A DNA stretch of 64,000 bases from Acidimicrobiia bacterium. GTDB taxonomy: Bacteria; Actinomycetota; Acidimicrobiia; Spongiisociales; ZC4RG35. Below are positions 58,245 to 64,000 of this stretch, in pieces. The notes beneath the pieces are model-generated. The model was given only the letters and a program-made list of their open reading frames with translations, had not been told where the DNA came from and did no database searches. The translations under genes and the position numbers were made by a program. How positions within the stretch are numbered: the stretch's first letter is position 1; the number at the start of each line of letters is the position of its first letter. The stretch lies in NCBI GenBank assembly GCA_965203555.1, contig CBDBCY010000004.1, forward strand, positions 2,880,001 to 2,944,000. Direction: 5' to 3'.

Positions 58245-58307
58245 GGTGGCCGAAGGGTTCCGCCTAAGTAGAGTTCCGGTTGGTCCTTACCCCGAATTGA
58301 GGTTGCA

Positions 58308-59066
58308 GTGTTAAGAGTTGATTCGGTTTTCAAGCGTTTCTCGCCCGAAGGCCCACTGGTGTTGGACGATCTCAATCTCAATGTGGGCCAGGGTGAGTTC
58401 GTGTCGCTGCTGGGACCCAGCGGTTGCGGGAAGACCACCCTGCTCAAGATCGTTGCCGGTCTGCTGCCGCCCACCGCCGGGAAGGTATTTCTGGAGGGGA
58501 AGGAAAGCTCCGAACCCTCCCGTGAAAAAGCCATGGTGTTCCAACACTTCAATCTGCTTCCCTGGCGCACGTCAATTAACAACGTGGCCTACGGCCTGGA
58601 GGTGCAGGGGGTACCCAAGGCCGAGCGGTTGGAGAAGGCGGCCCGCTTTCTGAAATTGTTGGACCTGGAGGGGTACGAGAACCACTATCCCTCGCAGATC
58701 TCGGGGGGGATGAAACAGCGGGTGGGACTGGCCCGGGCGCTGGCCACCGAGCCGCGGCTGATGCTGATGGACGAGCCGTTCGGCGCCCTGGACGCCCTGA
58801 CCCGCGAATACCTGCAGGACGAGTTGGCCCGGATCGCCGCCTCCCAGAACCTGACCGTGCTGTTCGTAACCCACTCCATCGACGAGGCGATCTACCTGTC
58901 CGATCGGATCGTGGTGATGGGTAACAACCCGGGACGGATCCTGGTGGAGTACCCGGTGCCGTTCGAGCGTCCCCGGACCACCACCGTGGTGAGGGCCGAC
59001 GCCCGGTTCGCCGAACTCCGTAACAAGGTGTGGGTGCTGCTGGAAGAGGAGAAGAGCAGGCGATGA
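58308..59066 (+). CDS. ABC transporter ATP-binding protein (TauB/SsuB type)
   Basis: GPSGCGKT, ISGGMKQR, MDEPFGALD, VTH. Confidence 0.95.
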   Translation: MLRVDSVFKRFSPEGPLVLDDLNLNVGQGEFVSLLGPSGCGKTTLLKIVAGLLPPTAGKVFLEGKESSEPSREKAMVFQHFNLLPWRTSINNVAYGLEVQGVPKAERLEKAARFLKLLDLEGYENHYPSQISGGMKQRVGLARALATEPRLMLMDEPFGALDALTREYLQDELARIAASQNLTVLFVTHSIDEAIYLSDRIVVMGNNPGRILVEYPVPFERPRTTTVVRADARFAELRNKVWVLLEEEKSRR

Positions 59067-59830
59067 CCACCCTTGGGGCCGGAAGCGGATTACTCGCCCG
59101 GGTTCCCCCCCGGCTGGTGAGAGTCGCCTCGGTGGTGGTGGTCATTCTTTCCTGGGAGATCGCCGGGAGGGCGGCCCCCCGGTGGGCGTCCTATCCGACC
59201 GAAGTCGGCGCCGCGTTCCTGGACAACCTCGACCGGATAATCGACGCCTTCGTAGAGACGTTCAAGGCAGTGGGAGTGGGCTATGCCATTTCGGTGGCGG
59301 GGGGCGTTCTCATCGGGTTCGGGATGGCCCGCATACGGGTGGTGAAGGTCGCCCTGGATCCCTATGTGGCGGTCCTCTACTCCACGCCCCGCATCACCCT
59401 CATCCCCCTGGCGATCCTCCTGATCGGGATCGGGTTCAATCTGCGGGTGCTGATGAGCGTCTTGGCTTCGATCTTTCCGATGATCATCAACACCTACGCG
59501 GCGGTCGACTCGGTCTCCAGTGAACTGGAGGAGACGGCCCGCTCGTTCACCGCCGGGAGGTGGGACATCACCCGCACCGTGTTGATCCCCGGCGCCATCC
59601 CCGGCATTTTCGTGGGGATGAGAGTGGGCATCATCCGGGCGTTGGTGGGCGTGATAGTGGCCGAGATGACCGCTGGTGCGGCGGGAGTGGGGGCGTTGCT
59701 GCTGGTGTTCGGCCGGTTCTTCCAATCCGAGAAACTGTTCGGCCCGGTGTTGCTGCTGGGCTTGATGAGCATCCTGATGACCCGGGGCCTGTCTCTATTG
59801 GAGAGGAAGTTGGCGCCATGGCAAGACTGA
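59063..59830 (+). CDS. ABC transporter permease (TauC/SsuC type)
   Basis: Hydrophobic; E.ARSF...IPGAIP.IF.G.R, VIVAEM. Confidence 0.9.
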   Translation: MTTLGAGSGLLARVPPRLVRVASVVVVILSWEIAGRAAPRWASYPTEVGAAFLDNLDRIIDAFVETFKAVGVGYAISVAGGVLIGFGMARIRVVKVALDPYVAVLYSTPRITLIPLAILLIGIGFNLRVLMSVLASIFPMIINTYAAVDSVSSELEETARSFTAGRWDITRTVLIPGAIPGIFVGMRVGIIRALVGVIVAEMTAGAAGVGALLLVFGRFFQSEKLFGPVLLLGLMSILMTRGLSLLERKLAPWQD

Positions 59831-60600
59831 AACCCGAGAGCCGACGGTCGATCTTCGACTGGACGGTGCGAATCGGTTTCGCCGTCCTGTTGCTCGTGGC
59901 ATGGGAACTCTCCACCCGGGCGCAAAGCCGTGCCCTGGCCGCCCCTCCCTCGGAGATTCTCATCGCCTTCTGGAACCTGACCTTCAATGAGGGGGTGATT
60001 TTTTCGGAGACCCTGGTGACCGCCCGGGCCTTCTTCATGGGGTACGGGGCGGCGATCGCCATCGGTCTGCTGGTGGGGATGCTGATGGGACGCTCGCGGC
60101 TGGCCGAGTACGTGCTGGAACCTTACGTCACCCTGATGTACGCGCTCCCCTCGATCGCCCTGATACCGGTGCTGGTGATCTGGTTCGGGATCAACGACCG
60201 GATCAGGGTGGTGCTGGTAATCCTGGCGTCGGTGTTCCCGATCATCTACAACACCGCCACCGGCGTGAAAAACGTCGACGAGGAGTTGGTGGAGGTAGGA
60301 AAGTCCTTCTGCGCCACCCGGCGCAAGATCGCCACCTCCATCGTGCTTCCCGCCGCCCTGCCGCTGATCTTCGCCGGGCTTCGCATCGGGCTGTCGCATG
60401 CCCTGGTGGGAGTGATCGGCGCCGAGATCATCGTGGTAATCACCGGCCTGGGGGGCCTGGTGATCCGGTACGCCGACAACTTCCAGATGGCCAACATGTT
60501 CGTCCCGATCATCTTCATCGCCGTTCTGGCGGTATTGATCACGGCGGGAATGAACCGCTTCCAGACCGTGTTCCGGCGTTGGGAAGTCCAGGACGAGTGA
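59818..60600 (+). CDS. ABC transporter permease (TauC/SsuC type)
   Basis: P.IALIP...WFG, LPAALP.IFAGLR, VIGAE, GLGG. Confidence 0.9.
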   Translation: MARLKPESRRSIFDWTVRIGFAVLLLVAWELSTRAQSRALAAPPSEILIAFWNLTFNEGVIFSETLVTARAFFMGYGAAIAIGLLVGMLMGRSRLAEYVLEPYVTLMYALPSIALIPVLVIWFGINDRIRVVLVILASVFPIIYNTATGVKNVDEELVEVGKSFCATRRKIATSIVLPAALPLIFAGLRIGLSHALVGVIGAEIIVVITGLGGLVIRYADNFQMANMFVPIIFIAVLAVLITAGMNRFQTVFRRWEVQDE

Positions 60601-60635
60601 AGCGTTACGACGCGCTGCGCCGGACCGAGAGGGGA

Positions 60636-61607
60636 ATGACATTCGGGGTGATGCTTCCCCATTTCGGGAGGGAGGCGTCGCGTGATCGCCTGCTTTCCGG
60701 GGCGGAGTTGGCCGAGCGGTTGGGCTACGACGCGCTGTGGGTCAGGGATCATCTGATCTGGACGCCCCATAGCCACGAAGGCGCCGACCTGACCTTCCTG
60801 GACGCGACTTTGACCCTGGCGGCGATGGCGGGGGTGACCGAAGAGATCAAGCTGGGGACGGCGGTACTGATCCCCGTGCGCTGGCCGCTCAAGAGCGCCA
60901 AAGAGTTGATGTCGCTTGACTTCCTGGCCGGGCGGGGGCGGGTGGTGGCCGGGATCGGCGCCGGCCACTTCGGAGCGGAGATCCGGGCGGTGGGGCTCGA
61001 TCCCGATCGCAAGAAGGAAATAGTGGAGGAAACCATACGCATCTGGCGGCGGGCCTTCACCGAGGAGCAGGTGGATTTCTCAGGCGAGATGTTTGAAGTG
61101 GAAGGGGCGGTGATGCGTCCTCGACCCGCCGGTGGGCTGCCCATCTGGTATGGGGGCACCACCCGCGCCGCGGTGCGGAGGGCGGCGCGGTGGTGCGACG
61201 GGTGGCTGCCGGGGGGAACGCCGTTCCCCACCTTCGACAACCGGGTGGAGTTTCTGCGGTCGCTGGAGGCGGAAGCGGGACGTCCGCCCACCGTGGTGGG
61301 TGTCATACCCCGGTTGCGGATCGCCCGCACCAAGGCCGAGGCGTACGCCGGATTGGATATCTCGGCGCTCACCACCTCGTCGGAGGGGAGCAGGTACTGG
61401 ATCCACCCGCCCGGCGGCTACCGGGACTTCGACGACCTGCGGGGCATCCTGGTGGCCGGCGACGTCCCGGAGATAGTGGAGCGGGTGGGGGACTTCGACC
61501 AACGGGGGGTGGATCACTTCCTGGTGGACCTGCGCTCGGACTTCCATCGCTTCGAGGAACTGCTGGAATTGTTCGCCGCCGAGGTGATTCCCCAGTTCCG
61601 CTGCTGA
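60636..61607 (+). CDS. LLM-class flavin/F420-dependent oxidoreductase
   Basis: GYDALWVRDH, LGTAVLI, GRVVAGIGAG, PIWYGG...AAVRRAA...DGW. Confidence 0.9.
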   Translation: MTFGVMLPHFGREASRDRLLSGAELAERLGYDALWVRDHLIWTPHSHEGADLTFLDATLTLAAMAGVTEEIKLGTAVLIPVRWPLKSAKELMSLDFLAGRGRVVAGIGAGHFGAEIRAVGLDPDRKKEIVEETIRIWRRAFTEEQVDFSGEMFEVEGAVMRPRPAGGLPIWYGGTTRAAVRRAARWCDGWLPGGTPFPTFDNRVEFLRSLEAEAGRPPTVVGVIPRLRIARTKAEAYAGLDISALTTSSEGSRYWIHPPGGYRDFDDLRGILVAGDVPEIVERVGDFDQRGVDHFLVDLRSDFHRFEELLELFAAEVIPQFRC

Positions 61608-61689
61608 GCGAGGTCCCGCCTCTGCAGACGATGCTTTCCCGGGCTCGGGCCGGGTTATGAAAGCTCGACGGCGGAACCCGGGAAGGGCG

Positions 61690-62039
61690 GCGAATCCGCT
61701 TCGCTCATGGAACCTCTCGGCCAGGGCGACTATTGCCTCGACTTCTCCCCTACATGTGCCAAGCGATAGCCATTGTTGAACAAGAACTCCACGGGACGAG
61801 GAATCCGGTGCGTTTGTTGCCGTCCACGAAGGGATGGTTTCTCGCGATGCCTGTCGTGTATGAGGCGGCCAGTTCCACAATGTTCGGGCGGTCGCCACAA
61901 GCGAATAGCTGGCGAGGTCTAGCCAGGGCGGATTCCAACAGGCGGTGATCCCTGGTTCCTGCTGGACCTCCATGTTCCTCGATCGCGCGTCATGTAAGGC
62001 AAGCACCGCTGAATGCGGCACCCAGATTGGCTCTCTCAC
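61690..62039 (-). pseudogene. doc: Frameshifted death-on-curing (Doc/Fic) toxin
   Basis: EP.W.....VLALH / EHGG..G.RD..LLESALARP / NHPFVDGNKRTG found in different frames; 3' end approximate. Confidence 0.85.
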
Positions 62040-62188
62040 GAGTCCGCTAGTTCACTCAGGACTTCGTGGAACCGTTCGAATGTCTCGCCGCGGGAGGCCT
62101 CGGTTTGTTCCGGTGAAGGGGCCTCGGCGGTCAAAGGCGAAAAGTCCCTCCTCTGCTGGTCTTGGCCGTCACTGCGGCCTTGAGCATC
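62036..62188 (-). pseudogene. Possible degraded antitoxin upstream of doc
   Basis: Frame ending EQTEASRGETFERFHEVLSELADS-stop overlaps the doc GTG (GTGA) and resembles antitoxin C-termini; no intact 5' part. Confidence 0.45.
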
Positions 62189-62348
62189 CTCCCCGGTTTG
62201 CCTTTTGACCTGCATCGTGCTGTCCCCCTTCTGCCTGATCCCAGATTCCCCCGGCCCGACCGGGGGAGAGTTTGAGTGGGTGGGCGGTGGGAGTAGATGG
62301 TGAATCTGCCAAAATGGGGCCTAGAAACGATCGAGGAGCGAACACGAC

Positions 62349-63134
62349 ATGGAACTGGCTGATCGGGTGGTGGTGGTGACCGGCGGGGGAAACGGGATCG
62401 GAGAGGGGATGTGCCGCCGTTTTGCCTCCGAAGGCGCCCGGGTGGCGGTAGTGGACATCGACGCTGCGGCGGCGCGGCGGGTGGGCGAGGACGTCGGCGG
62501 GCTGTGGTTCGGGGCCGATGTGGCGAAGGAGTCGGACACCCGGGACGTGGTGACCGGGGTCGAGGACCGCCTGGGGCCCATCGACCTGTACTGCGCCAAC
62601 GCCGGAATCGGGATGGAGGGGGGCGTGGAGACCACCGACGAGGACTGGCAGCGCATCTGGGAGATCAACTTCATGTCGCACGTGTACGTGGCGCGGGCCG
62701 TCCTTCCCGGGATGCTGGCCCGCGGTGAGGGGTACCTGCTGCACACCGCCTCGGCGGCGGGGCTTTTGACCAACTTCGGAGCGGCGGCCTATTCGGTGAC
62801 CAAGCACGCGGTGGTGGCCCTGGCCGAGTGGATGCAGATCACCTACGCCGACCAGGGGTTGAAGGTCTCGGTGCTGTGTCCCCAGTTCGTGTTCACCGGG
62901 TTGCTGGACGATTTGCTGCCGTCGGGGATGATGACCATGGCCAACCAGGTGGGATTGTCGCCCGATGAAGTGGCGGAGGTGGTGGTGGAGGGGCTGCGGG
63001 AAGAAAACTTCCTAATCCTGCCTCATCCGGAGGTGAGTGGCTATTTCGAATACAAGGCCACCGACTACGACCGTTGGCTTGCAGGAATGACCAGACTGCA
63101 GACCCGGCTGGGAATCGAGGTGCCGTCGCTTTGA
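62349..63134 (+). CDS. Short-chain dehydrogenase/reductase
   Basis: TGGGNGIG, ANAGI, TASAAG, YSVTK, VLCP. Confidence 0.92.
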   Translation: MELADRVVVVTGGGNGIGEGMCRRFASEGARVAVVDIDAAAARRVGEDVGGLWFGADVAKESDTRDVVTGVEDRLGPIDLYCANAGIGMEGGVETTDEDWQRIWEINFMSHVYVARAVLPGMLARGEGYLLHTASAAGLLTNFGAAAYSVTKHAVVALAEWMQITYADQGLKVSVLCPQFVFTGLLDDLLPSGMMTMANQVGLSPDEVAEVVVEGLREENFLILPHPEVSGYFEYKATDYDRWLAGMTRLQTRLGIEVPSL

Positions 63135-64000
63135 AACTGCTGGTCGCCAACCGGGGCGAGATAGCCCGGCGGATCTTCCGCACCTGTCGCCAGATGGGTA
63201 TCGGGACGGTGGCGGTCTATTCGGATCCTGATCGCATGGCGCCCTTTGTGGCCGAGGCCGACGTGGCGGTGCGCTTGGGAGGGATGACCCCGGCCGAGTC
63301 CTACCTGCGGGGCGACGCGATCGTGGAGGCGGCACTGCGGGTTGGCGCCGATCTCGTCCATCCCGGTTACGGCTTCCTGGCTGAGGATGCCGACTTCGCG
63401 GCGGCGGTGGTGAAGGCTGGTTTGGTGTGGGTGGGTCCCCCGCCCCGGGCCATCGCGTTGATGGGCGACAAACTGGCCGCCAAGCAGATCATGACCGAAG
63501 CGGGAGTGCCGGTGCTCTCCTCGGTACGGGTGGGAGACGACGATTGGCTGGAAACCGCCCGGCAGATCGGGTTTCCGCTGATGGTCAAGGCGGCGGCAGG
63601 AGGCGGTGGTCGGGGGATGCGGACAGTGCGGTCTGTGGACGAGTTGGCTTCGGAAGTGGCCGGCGCCCGGCGCGAGGCGGAGTCGGCGTTCGGTGATGGC
63701 AGGGTGTTCGTGGAGAGCCTGGTCGAAGAGCCTCGCCACATCGAGGTACAGATCATGGCCGATCAACACGGGAACGTCCAAGCCCTGTTCGAGCGGGAGT
63801 GTTCCATTCAGCGCCGTCACCAAAAGATCGTGGAGGAGGCGCCGTCTCCTTTTGTGGATTCAGAGCTACGCCACCGGCTTTCCGAAGCGGCGGAGTCGGC
63901 GGCGCGGGCGGTGGATTACGTGGGTGCCGGCACGGTGGAGTTCATAGCGGCGGCCGACCGCAGCTTCTGGTTTCTGGAGATGAACACCCGCCTACAGGTG
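63131..64000 (+). CDS. Biotin carboxylase subunit of an acyl-CoA carboxylase, truncated by window edge
   Basis: TTG start, KLLVANRGEIA, HPGYGFLAE, KAAAGGGGRGM, RHIEVQ, RECSIQRRHQK, FLEMNTRLQV. Confidence 0.93.
   Translation, partial: MKLLVANRGEIARRIFRTCRQMGIGTVAVYSDPDRMAPFVAEADVAVRLGGMTPAESYLRGDAIVEAALRVGADLVHPGYGFLAEDADFAAAVVKAGLVWVGPPPRAIALMGDKLAAKQIMTEAGVPVLSSVRVGDDDWLETARQIGFPLMVKAAAGGGGRGMRTVRSVDELASEVAGARREAESAFGDGRVFVESLVEEPRHIEVQIMADQHGNVQALFERECSIQRRHQKIVEEAPSPFVDSELRHRLSEAAESAARAVDYVGAGTVEFIAAADRSFWFLEMNTRLQV

Overview
High-GC actinobacterial chromosomal window. Gene content and protein style fit Acidimicrobiia, possibly a marine host-associated lineage (inference). Housekeeping and metabolic genes include aroF-tyrA, paired Fluc/crcB, nadE, mgtE, greA, a selenocysteine-containing selD, metX under a SAM-I-type riboswitch, citrate synthase, a sirtuin, form I aerobic CO dehydrogenase coxMSL plus xdhC/coxF-YHS, a proA-like gene, an isolated nuoABCD block, and an SBP-ferredoxin-P450-ABC-LLM cluster. 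The accessory region holds an animal-type heme peroxidase among IS scars, a one-protein hybrid kinase/response regulator, and a ~2240-aa Calx-beta-like repeat surface protein. It also holds a triply nested ISL3 > IS110 > IS21 composite whose junctions can all be reconstructed. The most notable observations are: (1) an IS110 whose non-coding end carries four guide segments matching its own donor junction and its actual target, with a CA core, left guides offset 2 nt from the core, a junction-formed promoter and a C-terminal XRE-like HTH on the recombinase; (2) an endonuclease IV-LigD/PrimPol polymerase fusion with no Ku or ligase nearby, next to a catalytically altered HisA-VOC fusion; (3) a symmetric G+T-to-C+A compositional gradient across each mobile element and across the hybrid kinase gene; (4) a compact SAM riboswitch whose P1 helix directly sequesters the metX start codon. 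All calls are by eye; no searches were run.
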